DNA of 64,000 nucleotides from assembly GCA_965261595.1 (NCBI GenBank), contig CBDHDG010000007.1, positions 320,001-384,000 of the forward strand, in the 5' to 3' direction. The translations under genes and the position numbers were made by a program. Origin of the DNA: a bacterium (GTDB lineage: Bacteria > UBA8248 > JACPRG01 > G963555815). Within the stretch, counting starts at the first letter, position 1. Every line of letters starts with the position of its first letter. Positions 11,437 through 21,346 of this stretch are shown one piece after another. Below the pieces are notes generated by a model. The model was given only the letters and a program-made list of their open reading frames with translations, ran no database searches and was not told the origin of the DNA.

Positions 11437-11778
11437 GTGACGCCCGACTTGTTGCGCGTTCTCTTGATCGGCTTGCATGTGATCGTGAGTCTTTTTCTGA
11501 TCCTGGTCGTGTTGCTCCAAACCGGCAAGGGCGCCTCCCTGGGCGCCGCCTTCGGGGGGGCAAGCGATACGATGTTCGGGGCCCGAGGCGCGGGGAGCTT
11601 CCTCAGCAAGCTGACGACGGCCGGCGCCGTCGTGTTTATCCTGACCTCGCTCGCGCTCGCCACCCCGTACGTGACCAACCGCGAGGCCGGATCGGTGATC
11701 GGTGAAAAGCCGCCCCCGGCGGCCCGGCCCGTCGCGACGCCGCGCGGGGCGGAAAAGGCCCCTTCGGAGACAAAGTGA
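11437..11778 (+). CDS. secG: Preprotein translocase subunit SecG
   Basis: LILVVLLQTGKGASLGAAFGG..MFGARG..SFLSKLT; directly after tpiA; GGAG RBS before GTG. Confidence 0.95.
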   Translation: MTPDLLRVLLIGLHVIVSLFLILVVLLQTGKGASLGAAFGGASDTMFGARGAGSFLSKLTTAGAVVFILTSLALATPYVTNREAGSVIGEKPPPAARPVATPRGAEKAPSETK

Positions 11779-11858
11779 GCCTGGATGCGCTGAGGAGGGC
11801 CGGCGCATTCTCCACCTCTTGGGTGGGTTCTGCCTCGTAGGAAGGGAGCGAATCCTGG

Positions 11859-13940
11859 ATGTGGGTGAAACGGGTCCTCCTCTTCATTCCCATCGCGGTC
11901 TCCCTCTTCCTGCTCCAGTCGTTCTTCTGGGTCCCGACGTACGATGACCCGAGCAAGGGAAGCCCCAAGCGGCTCACCCAGTACATCGAAGGCTCCATCG
12001 GCGACGCCGCCATTCTCAACCCCATCCTCAGCGCCGACTCCGCCAGCGGCACGATCAACAACCTCATCTTCGAAGGCCTGATCGACCGGGACCGCGACCT
12101 CCGCTTTCGGGGCCGTCTCGCCACGCGTTGGGAACTCTTCGAAGAAGCCTACCTCCTGGCCGACCCCGCCCTCTCGCTGTCCGGGGGCGAGGACGCCACA
12201 GCCAAGGCGATTGCGAAGCGGATTGAATCCGCGCGGGCGGCTGGAGGTCCGAAGTGGGCCGGGAACATCCTGAAGGTCGAGGTCCTCCCGCCCGGGATGG
12301 AGACCCGGACCGTCCGGACCCCCCCGGCGAAGCCCGGCGGGAAGCCGGGGCGCGCGGAACTCAAGATCTCCCGCCCCGCCCGCGTCAAGATCACCCTGCG
12401 CAAGGTGGACCAAGAGTTCTTCAACAAGTTGGCCGGGGTCCTCGGGAAGGAGTACCTCAGGGGGCTGAAGCCGGAGAAATTCATCGAAGGGCCGGAGGCG
12501 GCGGTCCGCCGGAACGCGCGGGCCGTCCTCCCCCCCGCCGAGCATAACCCGGTCATCATCTTCCACCTGCGGAAGGGCGTGTTCTTCCAGGACGGCCACG
12601 AGTTCGACGCCGGGGACGTGAAGTTCACGTACGAATCCATCGTGGACTCCCGAAACCTCTCCCCCCGCACCCCCGATTACGAGCCGGTGAAATCCGTCGA
12701 GGTCCTGGACCGGCGGACGGTGCGCATCGTCTACAAGCGCCTGTATTCCCCGGCATTCGGGACGTGGGGGATGGGGATGCTCCCCGAGCATCTTCTGAAC
12801 CGTCGGGCGCTCGCGCGCGAGGCGCGGGCAAAGGGCAAGGACCCGGCCAAGTTCACGATGCGCGACAGCGACTTCAACCGGCGTCCGGTCGGCGTGGGGC
12901 CGTTCATATTTGCCGAGTGGAGATCGGACGAGTTCATTCGGCTCGTCCGGAACGAGAAATATTGGGAGGGCGCGCCCAACTATAAGGAGTATGTCTTCCG
13001 AATCCTGCCCGATCGGCTCGGTTTGGAGATGTCCTTTTACGCGGGGACTGTGGACGCCTACAGCGTCGAGCCGCATCAAGTGGCGCGGCTGAAGAAGAAT
13101 CCGGAATATCAAAGCTATTCCGGACTTTCGTTGGGATATTCCTACATCGGCTACAACATGCGCCGCCCACTCTTCAAGGACCGCCGGGTTCGCCGGGCCC
13201 TGGGCATGGCGATCAACGTGGACGAGATCAATCAGTACGTTCTGTACGACCAGGCGGAGGAGATCACCGGGCCCTTCGTGAAGCAAACCGACTTTTACAA
13301 CCACAAAATCAAACCGATCCCCTACGACCCCGAGGGCGCCCTCCGGCTCTTGGAGAAGGCCGGGTGGCGCAAGGTGGACGGACGGCTCATGAAGAACGGA
13401 AAACCCTTCCAGTTCACCCTCATCACCAATCAGGGCAATGAGCAGCGGAAGGCCATATTGACGATCGCGCAAAACGCTTGGAAAAAACTGGGGATCAAGG
13501 TCAGGACCGACGTCCTGGAGTGGTCCGTTTTTATCCAAAAACGGGTCAACCAACTCAATTTCGACGCCGTGGTCCTCGGCTGGGGGCTGGGAATCGAGCC
13601 CGATCTGTACCAGATCTGGCACTCCAGCCAGACGGGAAAATTCCAGTTGAACTTCGTCGGATATCGAAACGCCGAGGCGGACGACCTTATCATCAAAATC
13701 CGGCGGGAGTACGACCACGAGAAGCAGGTCGGATACACCCACCGCCTCCACCGGATCATTTATGACGATCAGCCTTACACCTTTCTCTATGTCCGGAAAT
13801 GGACCGGCCTTTTGGACCGGAAGATCGTCATCCAAGAGAACGGCAAGGTTAAGAAAATCACCCCCACGAAGACGGGGAGCTACACCTTTGACTTCAACCG
13901 CTGGATCAAGCTCCCCCAGGTCCCGCGGTTTCAGACGTAA
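11859..13940 (+). CDS. Peptide/nickel ABC substrate-binding protein (family 5) with N-terminal anchor and large insertion
   Basis: LNPIL.ADSAS, FHLRKGVFFQDGHEFDAGDVKFTY, PVGVGPF, FKDRRVRRALGMAIN, YDPEGA. Confidence 0.9.
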   Translation: MWVKRVLLFIPIAVSLFLLQSFFWVPTYDDPSKGSPKRLTQYIEGSIGDAAILNPILSADSASGTINNLIFEGLIDRDRDLRFRGRLATRWELFEEAYLLADPALSLSGGEDATAKAIAKRIESARAAGGPKWAGNILKVEVLPPGMETRTVRTPPAKPGGKPGRAELKISRPARVKITLRKVDQEFFNKLAGVLGKEYLRGLKPEKFIEGPEAAVRRNARAVLPPAEHNPVIIFHLRKGVFFQDGHEFDAGDVKFTYESIVDSRNLSPRTPDYEPVKSVEVLDRRTVRIVYKRLYSPAFGTWGMGMLPEHLLNRRALAREARAKGKDPAKFTMRDSDFNRRPVGVGPFIFAEWRSDEFIRLVRNEKYWEGAPNYKEYVFRILPDRLGLEMSFYAGTVDAYSVEPHQVARLKKNPEYQSYSGLSLGYSYIGYNMRRPLFKDRRVRRALGMAINVDEINQYVLYDQAEEITGPFVKQTDFYNHKIKPIPYDPEGALRLLEKAGWRKVDGRLMKNGKPFQFTLITNQGNEQRKAILTIAQNAWKKLGIKVRTDVLEWSVFIQKRVNQLNFDAVVLGWGLGIEPDLYQIWHSSQTGKFQLNFVGYRNAEADDLIIKIRREYDHEKQVGYTHRLHRIIYDDQPYTFLYVRKWTGLLDRKIVIQENGKVKKITPTKTGSYTFDFNRWIKLPQVPRFQT

Positions 13941-13961
13941 CAGCGACTGGAGAAATCGGGC

Positions 13962-14921
13962 GTGATCGCCTATCTCATCCGAACCGGGCTCAGCAAGCTC
14001 GTCACGCTGTTTTTCATCTCGGTGATCTCGTTCGTCATCATTCATCTGGCGCCGGGGGAGCCGAGCCAGATTGATCCGCTCAACCCGCGCTTCACAAAAG
14101 AGGACCTGGTGCGCTACCGGAGCGCCTTCGGTCTGGATCAGCCGCTTCACATCCAGTACCTGCGCTTTTACCGGAAGCTCTTCACGGGCGACCTGGTCGC
14201 TTTCAAGGACAACCAGCCGGTCCTCGGGAAGATCTTCGGACGATTTCTGAACAGCCTGCCGCTTTTCATCGTGGGATCAATTCTCACCTGGTGCCTGGCG
14301 TTCCCGCTGGGGATCCGTTCCGCCCTCGCGCGGGGGGGAGCGTTCGACCAGGTGACGACGTTCCTCTCATTCGCCCTGCTCTCCTTGCCCGGCTTCTTTC
14401 TGGCTTATCTGCTCATCATTTTCGTCGTGAACACGTTTCAGGTCCCGGTCCTTGGGCTTCGAACATTCGGACGCGAGGGCTTGGGATTTCTCTTCTCGGG
14501 GATGGATCGGGTGTGGCACCTGGTCCTGCCGTCGTTTCTGGGCGCGACGGCCGGGATTGCCGTCCTCGCCCGGTACGTCCGGGCGCAGATGCTCGAGGTG
14601 ATGAGCCAGGAATTCGTTAGGACGGCCCAGGCCAAAGGGCTCACCGGCGACAAGGTCTATTACGTCCACGCCCTGCGGAACGCCCTCCTTCCGTTCGTCA
14701 CGATGTTCGGTATGATTCTTCCGGGCCTGATCGGCGGGTCGGTGATCATCGAGACCATCTTCGCCTGGCCTGGGATGGGGCGAATGGGTTTTGAGGCGAT
14801 CCTGGCCCGGGACTATCCCATCATCATCAGTCTTAATTTCGTTGCCGCCGTTCTGACGCTTGCGGGAACGCTTGTTTCCGACCTGCTCTATCTGTGGGTC
14901 GATCCCCGCATCAAGTTGTAA
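13962..14921 (+). CDS. Peptide ABC permease (OppB/DppB family)
   Basis: FGLDQPLHIQY, HLVLP, EFVRTAQAKGL, HALRNALLP, ETIFAWPGMG, DPRIK. Confidence 0.95.
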   Translation: MIAYLIRTGLSKLVTLFFISVISFVIIHLAPGEPSQIDPLNPRFTKEDLVRYRSAFGLDQPLHIQYLRFYRKLFTGDLVAFKDNQPVLGKIFGRFLNSLPLFIVGSILTWCLAFPLGIRSALARGGAFDQVTTFLSFALLSLPGFFLAYLLIIFVVNTFQVPVLGLRTFGREGLGFLFSGMDRVWHLVLPSFLGATAGIAVLARYVRAQMLEVMSQEFVRTAQAKGLTGDKVYYVHALRNALLPFVTMFGMILPGLIGGSVIIETIFAWPGMGRMGFEAILARDYPIIISLNFVAAVLTLAGTLVSDLLYLWVDPRIKL

Positions 14922-14947
14922 GGCGCGCTTCGGGGGGGGGGGACCTG

Positions 14948-15907
14948 ATGGCTATGGCGACGACAGCCGACGCGGCGATTCCCGCCCGGATCGACAAGCT
15001 TTCCGCCTGGGTGTGGCGGAGCCTCAAAGGAAACCGTCTCGCGATGGGGGGGATGGCGGTCCTGATCCTGTTTTTCGTCGCGGCCTTCTTGGGCTGGCTC
15101 GGGACCTCGGGCGACTCGCCCCTTTTCGACCCGACAACCGTCCGGCTGCCGGACAAACTGAAACCTCCGCTTTCGCGGCCTTCGGCGGATGTGATTCCGG
15201 CCGCCGAGCTTCCTATTTTGGGCCTCTATCCGTTAGGCACGGACGAATTGGGCCGGGACGTGTTCGCCCGGATGCTGGAAGGGGCGAAGGTCTCGCTGGC
15301 CGTGGGGTTCGTCTCGGTGGGCATCGCCATCCTTCTGGGCGTAACGCTGGGCGGCATGGCCGGTTACCTGGGGCAGCGGTGGCGCTGGGTGGACACCGTG
15401 TTTCTGACGCTGGTGGACATCCAGTTAAGCTTTCCGACCTTCTTCCTGATCCTGACGGTGATTGCCGTGCTTTCACCGAGCATCTGGAATATCATGATCG
15501 TCATCGGGATTACCGGCTGGGTGGGTCCGGCGCGTTTCGTGCGTGCGGAGATCCTCTCCCTCCGAGAGCAGGAGTTTGTTTTGGCGGCGCAATCCCTCGG
15601 CGCGGGGGCGGTCCGCTTGGTGTTCCGCCACCTCCTGCCCAACTCGATGGGGCCGGTCATGGTCTCGGCAACCCTCGGGATCGCCTCAGCCATTCTCACC
15701 GAGGCCGGCCTGTCGTTTCTCGGGTTCGGCGTCCCCCCCCCCGACGCCACGTGGGGGAACATCCTGTCGTCCGGGAAGAACTACCTCTTCGACGCCCCCT
15801 GGTTGACCTTCGTGCCGGGGATCGCCATCCTGGTGGTCGTTCTGGCGTTCAACCTGTTCGGGGAGGGACTTCGGGACGCCCTGAATCCGAAGCTTCAGGG
15901 GGAATGA
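14948..15907 (+). CDS. Peptide ABC permease (OppC/DppC family)
   Basis: PLGTDELGRDVFARM, EFVLAAQSLGA, HLLPN, EAGLSFLGFG, GLRDALNPK. Confidence 0.95.
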   Translation: MAMATTADAAIPARIDKLSAWVWRSLKGNRLAMGGMAVLILFFVAAFLGWLGTSGDSPLFDPTTVRLPDKLKPPLSRPSADVIPAAELPILGLYPLGTDELGRDVFARMLEGAKVSLAVGFVSVGIAILLGVTLGGMAGYLGQRWRWVDTVFLTLVDIQLSFPTFFLILTVIAVLSPSIWNIMIVIGITGWVGPARFVRAEILSLREQEFVLAAQSLGAGAVRLVFRHLLPNSMGPVMVSATLGIASAILTEAGLSFLGFGVPPPDATWGNILSSGKNYLFDAPWLTFVPGIAILVVVLAFNLFGEGLRDALNPKLQGE

Positions 15908-15927
15908 GCCTCGAAATTCGCCCCGGT

Positions 15928-15956
15928 TTGACAGGCCTTTGGGCGGGATGTAAATT
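15928..15956 (+). promoter_or_regulatory. sigma70-type promoter of tRNA-Leu
   Basis: TTGACA-N17-TAAATT. Confidence 0.7.
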
Positions 15957-15999
15957 ATCGGATTGATTTTTCTGAGCTTGCAAAGCCTCGCTTCGCGGT

Positions 16000-16086
16000 G
16001 CCGAAGTGGTGGAACCGGTAGACACGCCATCTTGAGGGGGTGGTGGGCGAAAGCCCGTGGGGGTTCGAGTCCCCCCTTCGGCACCA
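16000..16086 (+). tRNA. tRNA-Leu(GAG)
   Basis: Acceptor stem GCCGAAG/CTTCGGC, anticodon arm CCATC-TTGAGGG-GGTGG, long variable arm GGGC-GAAA-GCCC, T-loop GGTTCGAGTCC, encoded CCA. Confidence 0.97.
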
Positions 16087-16204
16087 CAGAATTAGAAATT
16101 CTTGTTTTTCAGGTAGTTAGAATAATCGAGCAGGCGGACGGGAGTAAATCGGGAGTACGGCAAGCCTCTTTTGGGGTAAATTCTCCTCATATCCGGTCCG
16201 GTTA

Positions 16205-16711
16205 TTACGCACTTTCTTGTTTCCTTTCATCCTCACTCAAAGACTCCCCATCTTGCCCCACCACCCGGGAAGCAAACTCGCTTCCATCCCGCCGGGTTCT
16301 GTTCGGGATAAACCGGGCATACACCTTGAAAAGCATCTCCACGCTGTCCCCTATCATGGCCACCACCCAGGAGAGGGCCTCTCCGGCGGCAAGGGCATTT
16401 GAGGCAAAGGAGTGACGCGTCGCATACATAGTGCGGCGGCGAAGCCCCGCCTTGGTGAGCGTCGGATACCAAATCCGTTCCCGAAGGTGGTTGATGTTCA
16501 AAAGTCCCCATTTTTCTCCCGTGAACACATAATCCTCCCCCCGTTCCGGCGCACCCACTCCCGCCTTAATTCTCTGGGCGGCCTGTTGAGCCTTCTGGAC
16601 CTTCAGCGCCTCCGCCACCGGCGGGAGAATGTCCACGTTCCGGATGCTTGAGGCGGTTTTCGCGGCGGCCTTCCGGATGATGTGAAGCGCGGTCTCAAGG
16701 TCGAGCTGCAT
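16205..16711 (-). pseudogene. C-terminal fragment of a tyrosine integrase fused to a short foreign N-terminus
   Basis: KTASSIRNVDI, YVFT, YATRHSFAS..LAAG and MIGDS..MLFKVYARFI (box II and catalytic Tyr); box I Arg region and DNA-binding domains absent; next to the tRNA 3' end. Confidence 0.85.
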
Positions 16712-16736
16712 CGGTCCCTTCCTCCGGCTGTATGAC

Positions 16737-17882
16737 TCACCCCGTGAATTCGAGGATGTCCAAACCGTTCAGGCGGTCGAGGGCGTAGATCAGGCCGTCC
16801 TTGGCGAGAAACACGTCGTTGGTCTTGGTGACCTCCTGGCCCTTGCTGGGGAGCGGCACGTGGTATCCGACCTCTTTCGGGCGGTAGGGGTCGCTGATGT
16901 CCACGGCCCGAAGGCCCCCCGTGAACCAAGCCACGAAGAAGATGTGGTCGTACACGCCCGGATAGATCTGCTCCTGGGGCTGATGGGCGCCGAACTGGGT
17001 CGGGTGATGGAAGGGATGGGGGTCCGGGACCTGATACGTCGAGACGGGCGCCGGGTTGGTCTCGTCGGTGATGTCCACCATCCAGAAGAACGCGTTGGGT
17101 TTGTCGGTCAGCCTGTCGGGGACCTCTTCGTCCGTCACGACCAGGAAGCGTCTCCCCCCGATTTCATAAGGGAGGGGAAGCGCGGTGTGCGTGGGACAAG
17201 GGTACGGGGGGCTCCAGTCCACCCGGCTGAGGAGCTTCGGCTTGCCCAGGTCCGCGATGTCCAGGATCATGAACCCCGCGTGCCAGTAACTGACGTAAAG
17301 CCGGTCGCCGAGGCGAAGGGGGTGATGGCAGCGGCACGCTCGGCCTTCCAATTCGGGCGTCTCGCCTCCGGCCGTGTGCTGGCCCGGGACCCACCAGCGC
17401 GACACCTCCTCCGGGCGTTCCGGATCGGCGATGTCCAGGATCATCATGATGTTCCCCTGGTAACCCTCCATCTCCGGCGAGATGTAGGCATGCCGCCCGT
17501 CGAAGTCGAAGCGGTGGACGCCGGTTCCGCCCGTTTTGAAAAAGCCGATCTCTCGGGGCTTGGACCTGTCCGAGATGTCGTAGACTTTGAGGCCGCCCTG
17601 AACCGGCTCGGTGGCGTTGCGCATCCGCTCATGGTTGACGAGCATGATGTCCCCGGCCACCCGGACCTTGTGGGAGTGGACGCCCGGGGGGACGGTGAGA
17701 TGGGAGACGATCCGGGGATTCCGGGGATCCGAGACATCCAGGATGGTTGTCCCGTCCCGGGGGCCCATGTGCCCCACATAGGCGTAGCCGTTCTCGACGG
17801 TGATCTGCCCCCCGCCCACGACGTCGATTCGGCCGACTGTCTTGAAGTTTTCCGATATCCCGAACGTGCGTTCCGGTGCCAT
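16737..17882 (-). CDS. LVIVD-repeat beta-propeller protein
   Basis: Repeated blades GTTILDVSDPRNPRIV, GLKVYDISD..KPREIG, ILDIADPERPEEV, GLRAVDISDPYRPKEVG. Confidence 0.85.
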   Translation of the reverse strand: MAPERTFGISENFKTVGRIDVVGGGQITVENGYAYVGHMGPRDGTTILDVSDPRNPRIVSHLTVPPGVHSHKVRVAGDIMLVNHERMRNATEPVQGGLKVYDISDRSKPREIGFFKTGGTGVHRFDFDGRHAYISPEMEGYQGNIMMILDIADPERPEEVSRWWVPGQHTAGGETPELEGRACRCHHPLRLGDRLYVSYWHAGFMILDIADLGKPKLLSRVDWSPPYPCPTHTALPLPYEIGGRRFLVVTDEEVPDRLTDKPNAFFWMVDITDETNPAPVSTYQVPDPHPFHHPTQFGAHQPQEQIYPGVYDHIFFVAWFTGGLRAVDISDPYRPKEVGYHVPLPSKGQEVTKTNDVFLAKDGLIYALDRLNGLDILEFTG

Positions 17883-18304
17883 GAACCCCTCTCCCTGGTT
17901 CTTTCGTCCGATTGATGATTGACCCTGAAATCTTTGAAAATCCTATCTATACAAAGGATTGCAGTCAACGGTTCCAGCAAGAACCGAGGTCCACGGGGGG
18001 CTGTTCCCTTCCAGGGTCGATTCGAGAGGAGGAAGATTCTGTGATTATGACCGGCAAAAGTCGCGGCGGGAGATTTTCGGCGAGATCGTTCTCGGCCGGG
18101 TCCGGAAAGAGAAGTAGAGTCCGGGCCAACGGACTTGGGGTCTCGTGAGGGTCCGGGTGGATGAAGCTGCCCGCGTCTACGATGGGGAGACGTTTTTCAT
18201 CGACGGCGATAAGGTTGCAAATGGCCGCTACACGAAATTTGTCTGGTCAGCCGGAGGCGACCGGGTCTTGCTTTCCCTTTTTCCACCCGCGTGAATTCGC
18301 TTCC

Positions 18305-19309
18305 TCACCAGGATTTTTGGAAGATCCTCGGGTTAAACCGATTGGTATATAGGTCCTCGAGCTTGACCTCCGTTTTGAGTTTTAACAAGCGGACCATCAG
18401 GTCCCGGGTTTCCTTCATTTTTTCTTTAAGCATATAACCGACGCCGTTCTTCTTCGCTTCCGGTGTTGAAAGCAGACTGACGGCCACCTTCCACTGTCCG
18501 AGCACAAGCTGCTTTGATGAACCTGGGTTGTACTTGAGGAAATGCTTTACGGCCTCTTCCGGGTGATCAATCCCATACGCGATGCCCTGGATCGCTGCTT
18601 TTAGGAAGCGCCTGACCCGACCCGGCCGGTTCTGAATGTCGTCATCGTGCGCGATAATCCCATTAGAGTATATGTTGAAGCCAGAATCCCTCTAGAGTAG
18701 CATGCCGACGGATTTTCCGGCCTCTTTCGTCTTGAACGTGACTACTGGAAGGCCCGTGACATAGAAACAACCCGCATCCACCTTTCCCGCGAGAACACTC
18801 GGTAGAATGGACGGGAAATCCATGAACTGGAATTTCACCTTGGATTGGTCAATACCCGCGAGGTGGGCATAGGCCCCGAATGCCTTGAAGCTTCCCGACC
18901 GTTGGGACGCTCCAACCACGCGTCCTTCGAGGTCTTTGGGTTTGCGGATGCCGGACGATTTCAGGAAATACACCCCGTGGGGCGCTTTGCCAAACACCAT
19001 GGCGATCTCTTTGGCCTTTGACCCCCTCGCCCTGCCTCCCACAAGAGAGCCGGTGTCAGCGAATCCGAAATCGACCGTCTTGGTGCTCACATATTTGATC
19101 GTGTTTCCGGAACCGAATCCCCGAACGATTTCCGTGTCAAAGCCGGCCGCTTGGTAGAAGCCCTTTGCCAGGGCAGTGAAAAATCCGGAATCAGGCCCAT
19201 AAAACATGGAGCTGGTTGAGAACTTCATCTTCTCGGCGGCCTGCGCCCCAGAGACCAGTGACAACATTAACATTGCCACAAAGATCAGACACCAGGATTT
19301 CCTTCTCAT
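18305..19309 (-). pseudogene. NMT1/THI5-like ABC substrate-binding protein with in-frame TAG at 18692-18694
   Basis: Signal peptide, ALAKGFYQAAG..EIVRGFGS, SGIRKPKDLEGR; same frame continues after the stop as RDSGFNIYSNGII..VRRFLKA..HPEEAV..EDLYTNRF. Confidence 0.85.
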
Positions 19310-19353
19310 GGACCATCTCCTCCTGGAAAAGGGGTCGTATTTGCCCTCCATAT

Positions 19354-20623
19354 TGACCTGCCCCCTGAAACCGGTCCGGTTTGAGAGTTAGGATTTTCGC
19401 ACGGCTTTCGGGACTGGATTGGCCTAGAAAGGGGGCAGTGATGAGTCGGAAGCGATTCACCGCGGAGCAGATCATCCACAAGCTTCGTCAGGCCGAGGTG
19501 GAGTTGGCCAATGGGCAGAGGATGGCTCAGGTCTGCAAGACGCTGGGGATCTCCGAGCAGACCTATTACCGGTGGCGGCGGGAGTACGGAGGCCTGCGCC
19601 TGGACCAGGCGAAACGACTGAAGACACTGGAGCAGGAAAACGCCCGGCTAAAGAAGCTGGTGGCCGAGCAGGCCCTGGATAACGCCATCTTGAAGGAGGC
19701 CTCCCAGGGAAACTTCTGAGCCCGCCTGCGCGGCGGCGGGCGATGGAGCATGTGCGGGAGAAGCTGAGCGTGTCCGAACGTCGCGCCTGCCGGGTGCTGG
19801 GTCAGGCCCGCTCGACTCAGCGGCGCTCTGCCCAGGTCCCTGACGATGAGGCCCGTTTGGTGGCGCGGGTGACAGAGCTGGCGAGCGAGTACGGACGGTA
19901 CGGCTACCGGAGGATAACGGCTCTGTTGGAAAGAGAAGGCTGGCGAGTGAATCACAAGGGGGTGGAGCGGATCTGGCGCCAGGAAGGCCTGAAGGCGCCG
20001 AAGAGACAGCCCAAGCGAGGGCGTTTATGGCTGAACGACGGCTCTTGTGTTCGCAAGCGTCCGTCTTATCGGAATCATGTGTGGTCCTACGACTTCCTGG
20101 CCGCGAGGACGCACGATGGGCGGCCTTTACGGATGCTGGCTGTGATGGATGAGTTGACCCGGGAGTGCTTGGCCCTTGATGTAGAGAGAAGACTCAACTC
20201 CGAGGACGTCCTGGACCGCCTCACCGAGTTGTTCGTCCGGCGTGGCCTGCCGGCTTATATCCGCTCGGACAACGGGGCGGAGTTCACGGCGAATGCGGTG
20301 AGAGGGTGGCTCACCCGTCTTGGGGTGAGAACGCTTTACATCGAGCGGGGCAGTCCCTGGGAGAACGGCTATGTGGAGTCCTTCATCGGCAAGCTGCGCG
20401 ATGAGCTGCTCAACGGGGAGATCTTCTACACCCTGACAGAGGCCAAGGTGTTGGTGGAGAGATGGCGACAACTCTACAACCGGGTAAGGCCCCATAGTGC
20501 CTTGGGCTACCGGCCCCCGGCGCCGGAGGCCATCGAACCAATGCCTCCGGGCATCCCTACACTTTCGGATATCGGGGAGAAGAGACTAACTCAAAAAGTG
20601 GTACAACTTTAGGGGGCGGGTCA
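19354..20623 (+). mobile_element. IS3 family insertion sequence (IS407-group-like)
   Basis: IRL TGACCTGCCCCCTGAAA...GAGTTAG matches the reverse complement of IRR, TGACCCGCCCCCTAAAG...GAGTTAG; TG...CA ends; 1270 bp. Confidence 0.95.
19441..20612 (+). CDS. IS3 transposase OrfA (19441-19719) and OrfB (to 20612) joined by -1 frameshift
   Basis: OrfA HTH (GISEQTYYRWRREYGG); slippery G-GGA-AAC at 19707-19713; OrfB DDE motifs WSYDF, IRSDNG.EF and PWENGYVESF. Confidence 0.93.
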
Positions 20624-20980
20624 GTTGAAAGAGATTGTAACCCCAAAGCTTCAAAGATTCGCGGGCCTTGGATTGTTCTTTTTGCCGAACAACATTCCCG
20701 AAGGGCGAACCTACCTGCCCAGCGCGGAATTCGTTGAAACCCGTCCGGCCATCCTCGGTATCCGGGCGGACGCCTGCTGAGGCGTGAGCTCTGACGGATC
20801 GGGAGGAAATCCTGAAGGGTCGAGGTGGATGGCGCCGCTGGATGCGCTCAATTACCGGATGAAAGTTCTTAACCCGTCCACCCGCGCCCGGCCCTCGCGG
20901 TTGACGGTTTCCCCTCCTTTTGGGTACGCTCGGACGAACTTCCGGAATGACGACAATCGGGCCCGGGAAAGGAAAACTCG

Positions 20981-21346
20981 AAAATACCGTTTGAAGGTTT
21001 GCGCGATTACCTCGATGCGCTGGAGCGGGAAGGGCTTTTCCGCTGGGTGGACAGCGAGGTGGACAAAGACTGGGAAATCGCTTCCATGAGCCGGATGCTC
21101 TTCCGCGCCTACGCCGAAGAGCAGCGGTACGGGCTGGGATTCCGGAATATCCCGGGGATTTCCCGGCGGCCGGGGGAGGCCTCTGGGGGCACCAAAGGCG
21201 CGAAGGTCATCATCGACGCGACGAAGAAGTGGGACTACCCCGAGGTGTCTCTGCCGCCGCGCGAGATCCTGGACCGGGTTGTGGAGAACTGGGCGAAGTA
21301 CGAGCTTCCGCCCCTGAGGGACATTCGGCTGCCGGGGGGCCTGTAG
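20981..21346 (+). pseudogene. UbiD-family decarboxylase relic with most of the middle deleted
   Basis: N-terminal PFEGLRDYLDALEREGL..VDSEVDKDWEI..FRNIPG joined after a short linker to C-terminal AKVIIDATKKWDYP..SLPP.E.L..V..NW..Y. Confidence 0.75.

Noticed and set aside
11376..14150. 924-aa minus-strand ORF, and similar long antisense ORFs at 34346-37087, 37474-40023, 48218-49873 and 53380-55017
   Set aside because: They mirror well-supported genes on the opposite strand, show no family motifs, and are expected from high-GC codon bias.
18692..18694. Amber codon as pyrrolysine
   Set aside because: No pyl genes in the window, the family is not a known Pyl protein, and the codon is one change from Tyr in an IS-adjacent gene.
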